A DNA stretch of 64,000 bases from Eledone cirrhosa (lineage: Eukaryota): positions 235,538,001 to 235,602,000 of the forward strand of contig OZ024741.1 in NCBI GenBank assembly GCA_964016885.1. The letters run 5' to 3'. The notes below the pieces were generated by a model that saw only the letters and a program-made list of their open reading frames with translations, searched no databases and was not told the DNA's origin. Positions 25,276 to 37,899 of this stretch are shown piece by piece (the stretch's first letter is position 1; each line of letters starts with the position of its first letter). The translations under genes were made by a program, and so were the position numbers.

Positions 25276-26467
25276 CTATCTACCTGTCTATCTTTTATCA
25301 ATCTTTTTCCTCTACTTTATTGTAACATACAAGTTTCCCTTAATGTTCCTCCTCCACTCTCTTTCCCATTCTCCATATTTCTCTGCTTCACTCTCTGACT
25401 TCTTCCCTAAACAGCCCTACCTTATTCTTTCTGATGAAAATGCTTATATGTATATATATGTGTGACAGTGTATATACTGTTGAAAGCTTGTATGTATTTG
25501 TGTTTATATGAGTGTATATCTGACTAAGCAAGTGTGTGAATATATGACTGTGCACATGTACATATGTGTATATATATGTATGTGTGTGAATAGGTATGGA
25601 TTTGAGTGTATGAGTCTACAAATAGTTGTACATATATTTATAATGGTGTGTGTGCCTGTGCATGGACATATATGTGTGTTTATATGTGAATGTATATGTA
25701 TGTGATATGTAAATGTATGCGGCTTTGTGCATGCAAATATGTGTATATGCTTGTATATGTAAGCATATGAGTTTGTGTGCATCAGTGTGTATGTGTCTGT
25801 GTGTTCTATGAGTATAAGTATGCATGTGAGGGTATGTGTAACACAAAGCACTCACATATGGAGAACAGTGATGAGGCTGTGATACTGCTGTTGTTGTTGT
25901 TGATGATGATGCTACTACTGCAGGGTTCAACATACCAGACCACTCCCAAAAGGTCATGTGACTGATGGACAAAGATGCACTGACCACTGCACTACAACCT
26001 CTGGCTCACAGATTTGTCTTGTTTCTCTCACTCTTTCTTTCACTCACAAGCACATACACGCACTCACACACAAACACACACACACCATATGTATGTGTGT
26101 GGGTGGGTGTGGCACAGAAAGAGGGGACAGGAAGAGAGAAAGAAAGGAAAGAAAGAGACAAAATGGGGACAAAGGAGGCTGAGTTGGGGTCACAGGGTTC
26201 ATAATGTACAAACATTCACAACTTTTTATTGTTGTGTTACAAAGCAAGAAAGATAACTCTGCCTGCTTCAGTTTATATATGTTCTCCAAGTCATCTAAGA
26301 TCTAATAAGAATGAGCATCAGTATATTTTGCTGAGAAGGTCTAATAAGACAGAAATATGGTCAGAGATATCATACTGCAAACTACAATTGAATTGTTGTT
26401 ATCAATTTGTATTTCAGAGTTCTCTCCCTTGCCTTTCCTAACAAGAATTAACTCTTAAAGGTAATAA

Positions 26468-26649
26468 TTGTTTCTACTTTTGGCACAAGGCCAGCAATTA
26501 CCCAGTGCATTACTGGTACTCTATTTTATCGACCCCGTAAGGATGAAAGGCAAAGTTAACCTCGGCGGGATTTTAACTCAGATCGTAAAGGAACGTAACT
26601 ACGCTGGAAAGCATTCCGACCCTCTACCGATACTGCCAAGTCACCGCCC
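26468..26649 (-). mobile_element. tRNA-derived SINE, family B (MetaSINE-like core)
   Basis: Minus strand GGCGG..TGGCAGTATCGG...B box...GCCTTTCATCCTTACGGGGTCGATAAA; flanked by aggtaataat duplication. Confidence 0.8.
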
Positions 26650-27285
26650 TTAGAGGTAATAATGTTTTTCAATTCATTAAGGATGTAAGATTGATGAATT
26701 AGACACTTTTAGGCCTCATTATATTAAGTATGTTCGCCCTCAGTCGATTATATATTCTTCATGCAGAAGTGATCCTTGGTAAATATTTACTGTTATGGCA
26801 TAAAAGAGATTGGACTTCCTACTTCATGGCTCAGGGGTTAACTGCATCAAATGTATCCAGCTGTAAAAACAATCCCTATTCAAAAACCATCACACCTATG
26901 TTAGCATGGATATATGGATGCAACATAGGTTATTATATATATATATATATAGTCCAAACTAAAGAGGTCGTATATATATATATATATATAGTCCAAACTA
27001 AAGAGGTCGTACAACAAAAAAAAACAAAAAAAAACCAGTCTATGCTGTAAAGTGGTCATGTATGAAACACAGTAAAAAAGCCCCCAGTCCACACTGTAAA
27101 TGTGGTTGGTGTTAGGAAGGGCATCCAGCCGTAGAAAACCTGCCAGATACAGTCCTATACAAGCGAGACACAGTCACTCGATCAATCTTGCCTCAATTGG
27201 GACAATTCCTCATCTAACCCATGTTAGCGTGGAATATAGACATTAAACGATGATGAAGATGATGATGATGAAGATGATATATATA

Positions 27286-28082
27286 TAAATGTAATCTGAG
27301 TTTTTCGAATATTAATGATAATATTTGATTCATTTGCAATTATGCAAACAGCCTCTTTTTAAGCCATGTCAGTAGAATGACCCCGTCATTCTTGCTCTTG
27401 TATTGGCATGTAAACAGAACTGCAGACACTAATGTTTCTGGGTGATTATCCTTCATCAGTACAGTATACTGCTTACCTGCCAACTGCCAGAGCTAGTGAA
27501 AATATGATATTTTCTGAAATATACAGTTACTGATCGGCCTGATTTGCATATTTAGCAGACTGCTTGATCAGTCAGATCTTCATATTAACAGACCCACTGA
27601 TCAGCCAGATTTGCATATGAGCAGATAGGCCAGTCAGTCTCATGTATATGAGTGATTAATGGTCGGCTTTGCCCTATTTGAATAACTAACAAATAGTTTG
27701 TCGCTCTACATGGCTGAATACAATAAATGTAATCTGAGTTTTTCGAAGGTTATTAATAATATTCGATTTGTTTGCAATTATGCAAACAGCCTCTTTTTAA
27801 GCCATGTCAGTAGAATGAGTCCGTCATTCTTGCTCTTGTATTGGCATGTAAACAGAACTGCAGACACTAAGAGGCTGTTTGCATGATTGCAAACGAATTG
27901 AATATTATTATTAATATTTCGAATATTATTATTAATATTATTATTAATATTATTATTAATATTTCGAATATTATTATTAATATTTCGAATATTATTATTA
28001 ATATTATTATTAATATTCGAAAAACTCAGATTACATTTATTGTATTCAACCATGTAGAGCAATAAACTATTTGTTAGTTATT
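27286..28082. mobile_element. PLE-like remnant with direct plus inverted repeats and a hammerhead
   Basis: Direct repeat 27286-27432 / 27724-27870; IR 27681-28082; minus-strand hammerhead 27419-27465 actgta-CTGATGA..GAAA-CA TTAG TG-TC-tgcagt. Confidence 0.75.
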
Positions 28083-28089
28083 ATATATA

Positions 28090-28230
28090 TCTATCTACTA
28101 CATAAATGGCAATGTCTGTCTGTCTGTGTGTAACCAGTTGGCGCCTATACCAGTGATCTGATCCTGATGAGACTTTACACACATGTTAAGCTAATATTCA
28201 GAAACGGGACTGGCTAATTGGATTTCAATA
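28090..28230 (+). mobile_element. Possible Helitron 5' end
   Basis: A|TCTATCTACTACATAAATGGCAATGTCTGTCTGTCTG resembles non-autonomous Helitron starts; no 3' end identified. Confidence 0.4.
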
Positions 28231-28849
28231 AAAATCAATAATGGAACCCCCTGGAGACATCTTTACAATGGAGGAGGAAAGAGAAGAGGTTTCAATGAGA
28301 GAGGGGGAAGAGCAGATACTAACGCTGTATATTAAACGCTCCCTCCCACTATTCTCCTTCCTCCTCCCACAACTCAGTCCCCCAAAACGAGGCAACAACT
28401 TATTAGAAATGAGTATATTTTGTCGATATTTCGAGGTGTTGGACCGTTGGAAGATTAACACGAATTAAGAAGATGTAACTTCTCCCCCATTATTGACACT
28501 TAGCAACAGTGAACGTTACAAGACCCTCTTTAGGGCCAACACTTCTGATATTTTATCCAACTTATTATGGTGTGTTTTCTCAGGTTATGTCTACTATAGG
28601 GGGAAAACGGAATGGTTTTATTGAATTGCTTGTGTCATTCGAAGGGCTTTACAAACGGTGATATACAGGGTGCTTCAACAGTACCTGAATATGTTCACTC
28701 AGTTATAATTTCTTCAATAATTACGATGACTTCCTCAATTGTTCTGTGTTTGTTTGTGAGCACTAAGGCAGTAAGTTTGCTATTCTTATACATAAGTTTG
28801 TTGAATAAGATCTATACTCTTCCAGCTCAAACTTCCTCGGCTTATTCAA

Positions 28850-29010
28850 TTATACAATTCCAAGACAGTAGTGGTATGTCATATATCAAATCATATATTT
28901 TATCTGATGAGGACGTACTGAAAAAAAAAACACAGTACCTTTGAAATATATATAATAAAACACATATATTGATTATGTGAATATCTTACATTTGTTAATA
29001 TTTTGAATTA
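28850..29010 (+). mobile_element. PLE pLTR-like fragment with hammerhead at 28898-28960
   Basis: ttttat-CTGATGA-ggacgtactg..cagtaccttt-GAAA-T ATAT A-TA-ataaaa. Confidence 0.75.
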
Positions 29011-29031
29011 TATATGTGTATATATATATAT

Positions 29032-29233
29032 ATTATGTAATGTATTATTAGGTTAAAATTTATATGAAATAGAAAAGAAGTTTCTTTAATGTATTGGACA
29101 TTAGTGTGTGTGTGTGTGTGTATATATATATACCCCCTTTTCTTTCTTTTTTCCTGATGAAGGACTAATGTCCAATACATTAAACTTCTTTTCTATTTCA
29201 TATAAATTTTAACCTAATAATACATTACATAAT
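29032..29233. repeat. Fold-back with a microsatellite in the loop
   Basis: Arms of about 70 bp; CTGATGAaggactaatgtcc at the start of the right arm. Confidence 0.8.
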
Positions 29234-29262
29234 TCTTATCTGTGCTTGATTTCCCTTCTTGA

Positions 29263-29990
29263 CCTTGCATTACAAACTGACAGGAAAGGTAGACTTTGTA
29301 TGTAGCAGATGTACAGGGATCATTGATAAGAACATCTGTGAAATAAACTTATTTCAATTCCAGGAAGTATCCAGTGAAGTAGTTGATAGTATCTGCTATC
29401 TAAGGGATTTAATTAATAGTGGAGGAGGTAACTCTAAGGGCATAGTAACTAGAATAAGAACAAGATGGAAAAAATTCAGCGAGCTACTATCTCTGTTGAC
29501 AAAAGGTTTCTCTCTATGAATGAAAGGCCAGCTTTATGATGCCAGTTTATGATGAACAATGTCGCATGGGAGGAAGACATGAGAAATAAATGCAAAGGAT
29601 ATACAAAGGCTGGAGGGTAATGACGTGAGTATGCTGTGATGGATGTGCAATGTTAATATGCATGAATGTCAAAGCATGGATGAGCTGAGAGAAAAACTGG
29701 CTATAAGAGGAATCAGATGTAGTGTGCACGGGAGAAGACTATACTGGTATAATTATTTAAGGCATATGAATACTGATCGTTGGGTGAAGGAGTACCAAGA
29801 AATCCCAGTGGAAGGAAGCTGCAGTAAAGGAAGACCTGGGCAGAGGTTGTGAGAGCTGATCTCAAATCACTGAAGCTCACAAAAAACGATGACTAAGGGC
29901 CGCAGCAAGTGGAGGGATGCTGTACTGGCAAAGACCCAACCAACCCACAAAAGCATAAAAAAATGGTTGTAAAACAATGATGATGATGAT
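29263..29990 (+). mobile_element. Old degenerate RTE 3' fragment
   Basis: VVDSICYL...RIRTRWKKFSELL; RRLYWY; (GAT)n tail. Confidence 0.8.
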
Positions 29991-30495
29991 TTTGGTATTA
30001 TTCAGAATAATATATTAATAAAGTATAATTGTCAGAAGAAGTTATAAAATACAGTTTATCACTTGAAACAAAAAAAATTATGATAAAATATTGTTTATAA
30101 GTTGAATGTAGTGCTTTTCTCCATCAAAGAACTTATCAAAATTCAAGATATAGAGTTAGTTGTTGATGAAAGGGTAGTATATATATATATGTGTGTGTAT
30201 TGAAAGAGTGAAGAATAACGAGGTCGGCTGTACAAAAAGGGTTTATTTACAGTATTAACAATTGTTTCATTAATCAGGTGAGTCTAAAGGCTGCTAATTG
30301 CTAGAAATTACCTTAAACGATACCTTGTTATCCTATATATATATATATATATATATAATTAGTCCAGAATTAGCCATCGAAACAGCTTGAGCTCAGCCGG
30401 CGGGGTCCTACTCGTTCCTATTACCCACTCTACTACTCTAGGTATTGAGTACTTTAGTGCGTTATGGTCCACCTGGTTCCTTACCACATTTCCTT

Positions 30496-30593
<98 letters not shown>

Positions 30594-31099
30594 ATATATA
30601 TATGAAGAAATGAAATGATAGAGACTGGGGTCCATATCATTCCACTGCAAAGTGGTCGTGGAGGTGCCATGACAAAAAAGCACCCAGCACTCACTGTAAA
30701 TGAGGTTGGTGTTAGGAAGGGCATCCAGCTGTAGAAATCAAGCCAGAATCAGTTCCCGTCCCACCCTTGCAAGCAGGGAAAAGCGGACGTAAAATGATGA
30801 TGATGATGATGATGATATATATATATACATTCGAATCCCAGATCAGGTGTTACATTGCATTTATCAGCAAGACAGTTTATTTCACGCTGCTCCAGTTCAC
30901 ACAGCTGTAGAAGTGAGTTGCGACATCACTGGTGCCAGGCTAAATCGGTCATTGCCTTTTGCTTGGACCATATGAGTGGCGTGGAGAGGGGTGACTGCTG
31001 GTCGTCCACAAACACACCTTGCCCAGACTTGTACCTCGGAAGGGAACTTTCTAGGTGCAAAACCATGGCCGTTCATAATTGAAAGGAGCCTAACGAATA

Positions 31100-31518
31100 T
31101 CATCATCATCATCATCATCATCATCGTTTAACGTCCATCTTCCACGCTTGCATGGGTTTGGACGGGAGTTTTCCCACTTAAGGCAAGAGTGGTTGTCTTG
31201 CTCGTATAGGACTATCTGGCGGGTTTTCTACGGCTGGATGCCCTTCCTAACACCAACCACGTTTACAGTGTGGACTGGGGAGATTTTTACCGTGTTGCCT
31301 ACACGGCCACATTACAGCGTGGACTGTGTGTTTTTTTGTCATGACACCTACACGACCTCATTTGTTTCGGGCTGGATGTTGTGACACCAATATAACTTTA
31401 CATTGAAAGGAGTGGTGTGGATGGGGTGGGGGTAGTGGGGCGGGGGTGTATTTTTGTTAGAGGTGCCTACTGACTGTAGTAGGTTTCACTTTGTACTTAG
31501 GTAAGGCGGGTCTTCTGT
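31100..31518 (-). mobile_element. RTE 3' UTR-only copy
   Basis: Matches 21212-21630. Confidence 0.85.
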
Positions 31519-31579
31519 ATTACTGTGTAAATATATATAAATATATATATAATCATACATGTGTATATATGTATGTGTG

Positions 31580-31626
<47 letters not shown>

Positions 31627-31651
31627 ATACATATATATATATACATACATA

Positions 31652-31982
31652 TCATCATCATCATCATTTCATTTTACGTCCGCTTTTTCCCTGCTTGCAA
31701 GGGTGGGACGGGAACTGAGTCTGGCTTGATTTCTACAGCTGGATGCCCTTCCTAACACCAACCTCATTTACAGTGAGTGCTGGGTGCTTTTTTGCCGACC
31801 ACTTTGCAGTGGAATGATAGGGACCCCAGTCCCTATCATCTCATTTCTACAGCTGAGTAAACTGGAGCAATGTGAAATAAAGTGTCTTGCTCAAGGAAAC
31901 AACACATCACCCGGTCTGAGAATTGAACTCACAACCTTTCGATTGCAAGGCCAATGCTCTAACCACTAAGCCATGTGCCTCC

Positions 31983-31983
<1 letters not shown>
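31652..31983 (-). mobile_element. tRNA-derived SINE, family A
   Basis: A/B boxes and RTE-type tail. Confidence 0.85.
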
Positions 31984-32254
<271 letters not shown>

Positions 32255-32404
32255 AGAGAGGGGAGATAGATAGATAAATAAGTATACTTACACAAGTCAA
32301 ATAAATGTTAACTAGTGCTATAACTATTTTAATATTATGTGTTTAATCTTCCTAATTATTGTATTCTGATATATTAAAATAACAATATTATTCTATTGTA
32401 ATTT

Positions 32405-32706
32405 CAGCAAACCCTCAATTTAACAAACTAATAAGTGGATTTACTGTATCTCTTAAAGCTGAAGGTCTGATAAATTTGATGTAACTTCAGGGTCATTATA
32501 GTGTTTTTAATGTAAAAAAAGAGGCTTTAATATAATATGCAATTATTCCATTATAATAAAGGATATGTAATTTTTACTTCTCTTTTAACAGTGGAGTTGA
32601 AGATTATTTTGTCATAAGTGTAGCGATAGTACAATAATTCATTAATATTTGGACCATTAAATCTGAAATATGTTAAATTGGAGTTTGTTAAATTAAGGGT
32701 TTACTG
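32405..32706. mobile_element. MITE, pogo/Tigger-like
   Basis: TIRs cagcaaaccctcaatttaacaaact / agtttgttaaattaagggtttactg, followed by TA. Confidence 0.65.
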
Positions 32707-33025
32707 TATCATCAACATTATCAGCATCATTGGTTTTACGATCACTACTCCATGTTAGCATGTGGACAATGTTTTACAGCCTGATGCCTTCCTGAAAACA
32801 ATCCTTTTAGTCACCTCTTATGACATGCAGAGATACAGTGTATCTTTTCTAAAAACCCGGGATAAACACTGTATTTTTATTATAATATCCGAGATACACA
32901 TAGTATATATTTTTAACATAGTATCCCAATATATCTCCTGAATTCAGTTTGCTAAATTTTGGCATGTCATTTCACCAATCATACCTTTGTTTTTTGTTTT
33001 CAACATATAAGCTCTAGTTTTAACA

Positions 33026-33339
33026 CAGAGGTTCTCAAAGAGGGCGCTGCTGCCCCCACCCCCTCCCTGGGGGATAGGCGGTAGAGATGATATAATAATA
33101 CATTAAATATCAAATAATACATATTATATATAAATATAGTAAAATAAAAAATATATAATATTTATTTAAACATAGTATATATTGTATTATTATATATAAA
33201 TTAATGATTTTATCTATTATATATTATTTACAATTTGCATGTAGGCAGGTCTCTCTGGAAATAGGATTGGGTGGGGGGGGGGGGGGCACTGAGGGTATTC
33301 CATGGCCATGAGATGGCCCCAAAAGTTTGAGAACCTCTG
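33026..33339. mobile_element. hAT-type MITE
   Basis: 14-bp TIR CAGAGGTTCTCAAA / TTTGAGAACCTCTG; 8-bp TSD ttttaaca / ctttaaca. Confidence 0.8.
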
Positions 33340-34164
33340 CTTTAACACATTCAAATTTAGTGTGATGCAATGTTTGTTTATATGTGTATGTGTATGTGCC
33401 AGGGGCGGGGAAGGGGGGTACTGTCATCATCATCATCATCATCATCATTTTACATCTGCTTCTCGTGCTAGCATAGGTTGGATGGTTAGCATATGTTGCA
33501 AGATCAGACTGTTCTGAAAACCACCTTTTGCTCATATGTTCCATACTTGGCTTAGTTTCTACAACTAGATGACTTTCTTAATGCCAACCCCTTTATAGAC
33601 TATACTGAGGGCATTTTATCCTAACACCGACACTGGAGAGGTTAAGTCCTCGATGGTACCAAAAAATCCTTCCTACCTCACAGTCTTGATTTTTGTGTAT
33701 ATATAATATATATTTATATATCATCATCATTATTGTTTAATGTCCATTTTCCACATTAGCATGGGTTAGACGGGTTGTCCCATTAGAGGCAAGTTGGTTC
33801 AAGTGACCGTGTCTTGCTCATATAGAACTGCTTTGCTGTTTCTGGCTAGGTTTCTGCAGCTGGATCATCATCATCATCATCACCGTTTTACATCCATACT
33901 TCCACGTTAGCATGGGTTAGACGGGTTGTCCTGTTGTGGGCAATGCCTCACTTTCAATTTTAATAGATTTTCAATTTCGCATTTTCATATATTTCATAAC
34001 CCCTCTGTCTGATGAGTGAACTAGATGTATGTTAATATTGTCTGGGGTCCTGAAACCTTTAGTAATGGAGTAGTTATATATTGTGTTCACTTTCTGAATA
34101 TATATTTTCCTTTATATATTTCTTTTCTTCTTTTATTCATTCATCCATTTATTTATTTATTCAT

Positions 34165-34195
<31 letters not shown>

Positions 34196-34316
34196 TTGCC
34201 TTTTCCTCTTCTTTGCACCCTCTCTTATATTTCTAACTTGCTCTACGACCTTTTCTTCTTTAAGTTTATCATATTATTTGTGGTATAAAAAAGTTGAGAT
34301 TTGATGAAATAAATCA

Positions 34317-34582
34317 CTGCCAATACTGGAATTGAATAATCAAAACCATAGCGGTATGTCACATATCAAATCATATATTTTGTCTGATGAAAACGTACTT
34401 AAACACCATTGTACCTTTGAAATATGTATAATAAAATATATATTTTGATTATGAGAATATTTTTCATTTATTAAAATTTTGAATAATATTAAAAACTCCA
34501 GGAAAATCTCTTGTTGAGTGCTTCTAATCTATTGTAATATTGTATTCGTTGAGTAATCAACGAACCATATTAATCTTTGGTT
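34317..34582 (+). mobile_element. PLE pLTR-like fragment with intact hammerhead at 34373-34441
   Basis: atatattttgt-CTGATGA-aaacgtac..gtaccttt-GAAA-T ATGT A-TA-ataaaatatat. Confidence 0.8.
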
Positions 34583-34589
34583 ATATATA

Positions 34590-37534
34590 TATGTAGAAAT
34601 GCTTGAACGTAAGGAGGTTGATGTTTGCTGTATCCAAGAGACCAGGTGGAGGGGCGGGTCTGCTAGATTCATTGTGGGTAAAAAACGATGCTATAAGCTT
34701 TTCTGGGTGGGAAATGACAATGGGCTAGGTGGGGTAGGAATCATGTTAGAGTGTCTGTTGTAAACACTAAATCACTCCCCCATGAAGAATGCACCTCCCA
34801 ACATAGACTCATAATTAGCGACCTCATAGTCAGGATGAGACATACTCGACAACAGAAGAGGACTATCCTCAGGAGAAAAATATGGAAGCTAAAGGACCCC
34901 ACAGCCAGTAATAAATTTAAAAGCATATTACTTGATGCTTTCGACAGTAAGGAAGAGCAATTAGAGTCATACAATATAGAGGAACAGTGGGAATTCCTGA
35001 AAGCAAACCTGCTGATGGCAACAGATGAAGTATGTGGCTGGAGCAGGCCTATAGGCAGGAGGAGAGTAATGTGGTGGTGGAACAGTAAGGTGGAGGAGTC
35101 AATTAAGGCCAAAAAGCAGGCTTGGAAAGTATGGCGGGATGGGGGAAGTAGAGAAGACTATCAAGTGGCCAGGAGGGAAGCTAGGAGACAAGTGTACTTC
35201 GCAAGAAGGGAAGCAGAAGAAAGAAAGTTCAAGCATGTTCTACAACGCGAGGACCAAAAACGTGAGGTGTTCAGGATTGCTAGGCAATGTGTCAAGGAAA
35301 ACTGTGATATTGTCGGGGAGAAGTGTGTCCTTAATGATGATGGTGTACTTGCCATTACTGATGCTGATAAGAAGGTAGCTTGGAAGTGTCACTACGAAAG
35401 GCTACTAAATGAGGAGAATAAATGGGAGAAAGACAGTCTCCCCCACATCGATCCAATAGAGGGACCAGCAGTGTTAGTCGAAGGTAGTATAATAAGTAAG
35501 GCAATCAGAGATATGAAGACGGGTAAGGTGGCTGGGCCTTCGGAAGTAGTTGCTGAAATGCTGAAAGCTTCTGAAACGGTGGGACACACCATGCCATGGT
35601 CACCCAGATAGTAAACTAAGTCATACAGAATGGGGTTGTTCCGAAGGACTGGCGTAGCAGCATCATCATTAACTGCTACAAGAGTAAAGGAGATGCCCTA
35701 GATAGGGGTAACTATAGAGGCATTAAATTAATCGACCAGGTCATGAAGGTCACAGAAAAAGTAATAGCGCAACTAATCAGAGAGCGAATTGATCTAGATG
35801 AAATGCAGTTCGGGTTTGTGTCAGGTAAAAGTACCACAGACACTCTTTTCATTGTACGATAACTACAGGAGAAGTACCTAGCTAAAAGTAAACCCCTCTA
35901 CTTAGCTTTTGTAGACATGGAGAAAGCCTTTGACAGAGTCGCCCGCTCCATTATCTGGTGTGCTCTTAGAAAACTAGGTGTTGATGAATGGCTTGTGAGA
36001 GCTTTCCAAGCCATGTATAAAGAAACAGTCAGCAAGGTTAGAATTAACAACGAATATAGTGAAGAGATTAGCGTAAAAGTTGGTGTTCATCAGGGCTCCG
36101 TTCTTAGCCCCTTACTATTTATTATTGCCCTTCAGGCTATAACAGTGGAGTTCAAGACCGGCTGCCCATGGGAACTCCTATACACAGATGATCTAACGCT
36201 CATAGCGGAATCAATGGCTGAACTAGAGAAGAAATTCCAAACATGGAAGCATGGCCTAGAATCAAAAGGCCTTAAAATTAACCTGTCTAAGACTAAAGTT
36301 CTAGTTTGTAGGAAGGAAAATAGGGCACCGGTCCCATCCGGGAAATGGCCATGCTCAGTGTGTAGGAAAGGAGTAGGTAGAAACTCCATTTTATGTCCCA
36401 AATGCAAAGTATGGGTGTATAAATGATGTAGTCGGATCACAGGTAAACTAACTAAGAACATAGATTTTATATGTTGCCGGTGCTCAGGTGCAATAAGTAG
36501 TAACAAGTGCCCACAGAATACTAGCTCATTCCATTGCACAGATGGTTCTATAGAAATAGTGGACAGCTTCCGTTACTTGGGTGACAAAATCAGTAGTGGT
36601 GGAGGGTGCTCTGAAAGTACAGTAGCTAGAGTCCGAACTGGATGGAAAAAGTTCAGAGAGCTTATACCACTATTAGCCGCTAAAGGGTTCTCTCTAAAAA
36701 TGAAAGGCAGGCTGTATGATGCCTGCATACGAACAGCAATGTTACATGGCAGTGAGACCTGGGCATTGTGTGCAGAGGATATACGCAGACTGGAGATGAA
36801 CGAAGCCTGCATGCTCCGCTGGATGTGTAATAGTAATATACGTGAACGGCAAAGCATAAACGAACTAAGTGAAAAATTAGAAAGAAGAGGGATCAGATGC
36901 TGTTTACTCGAGAGAAGACTACGTTGGTACGGTCACGTGACGCGCATGAAAGACGACAGCTGTATAAAAAAAGTGCAGAGCAATAAAAATAGACGGTAGC
37001 CACGGAGTAGGCAGACCCAGAAAAACCTAGGACGACTTGATAAATTCCGACCTCACACACTTACACCTCTCCAAGACAATGTCACTGGACCGAGATCTTT
37101 GGCGCTACACAGTAATAGAGAAGACCCGCCTTACCTAAATGCAAAGTAAAACCTACTACAGTCAGTAGGCACCTCTAACAAAAATACACCCTCGTCCCAC
37201 TACCCCCACCCCATCCACACCACCCCTTTCAATGTAAAGTTATGTTGGTACCACAACATCCAGTTCGAAACAAATGAGGTCGTGTAGGTGTCACGACAAA
37301 AAAAACACACAGTCCACGCTGTAATGTGGCCGTGTAGGTAACACGGTAAAAACCTCCCAGTCCACACTGTAAACGTGGTTGGTGTTAGGAAGGGCATCCA
37401 GCCGTAGAAAACCCGCCAGACAGTCCTATGCGAGCAAGACAACCACTCTTGCCTTAAGTGGGAAAACTCCCGTCCAAACCCATGCAAGCGTGGAAGATGG
37501 ACGTTAAACGATGATGATGATGATGATGATGATG
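34590..37534 (+). mobile_element. RTE LINE with internal APE deletion and stops
   Basis: EMLERKEVDVCCIQETRW..GVGIML joined directly to VNTKSLPHEEC; RT motifs; 3' UTR; (GAT)n tail. Confidence 0.95.
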
Positions 37535-37540
37535 AGAGAG

Positions 37541-37899
37541 AGAATAAGAAACACCAAAGAGCCAATATGCTGTCAAACTAACAGATGTTTCAACCGATAG
37601 AGATTCATTCCGAGGATGTGAGATTATAAAATCAGAAATTTTAGAAAAAAAGAATTTTTTTTATTTAAAATTCCCTTATGATTTTATACTTCAACCATAC
37701 GGAATAGGCTCAAAATTGTAATCATCAGAGTTTATTCACATAGGATATCAGCTTATATATAAATCAATAAATCAATAAATCAATAATAGAAAATTCTAAA
37801 ATTTCTGATTTTATTATCTCACATCCTCGGGATGAATCTCTGTCAGATGAAACATGTGTTAGTTTGATAGCATATTGACTCTTTGGTGTTTCTTATTCT
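37541..37899. repeat. Fold-back element with diverged arms of about 105 bp
   Basis: agaataagaaacaccaaagagccaatatgc... / ...gcatattgactctttggtgtttcttattct; hammerhead-like GATGA atct..agat GAAAC in the right arm. Confidence 0.8.
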
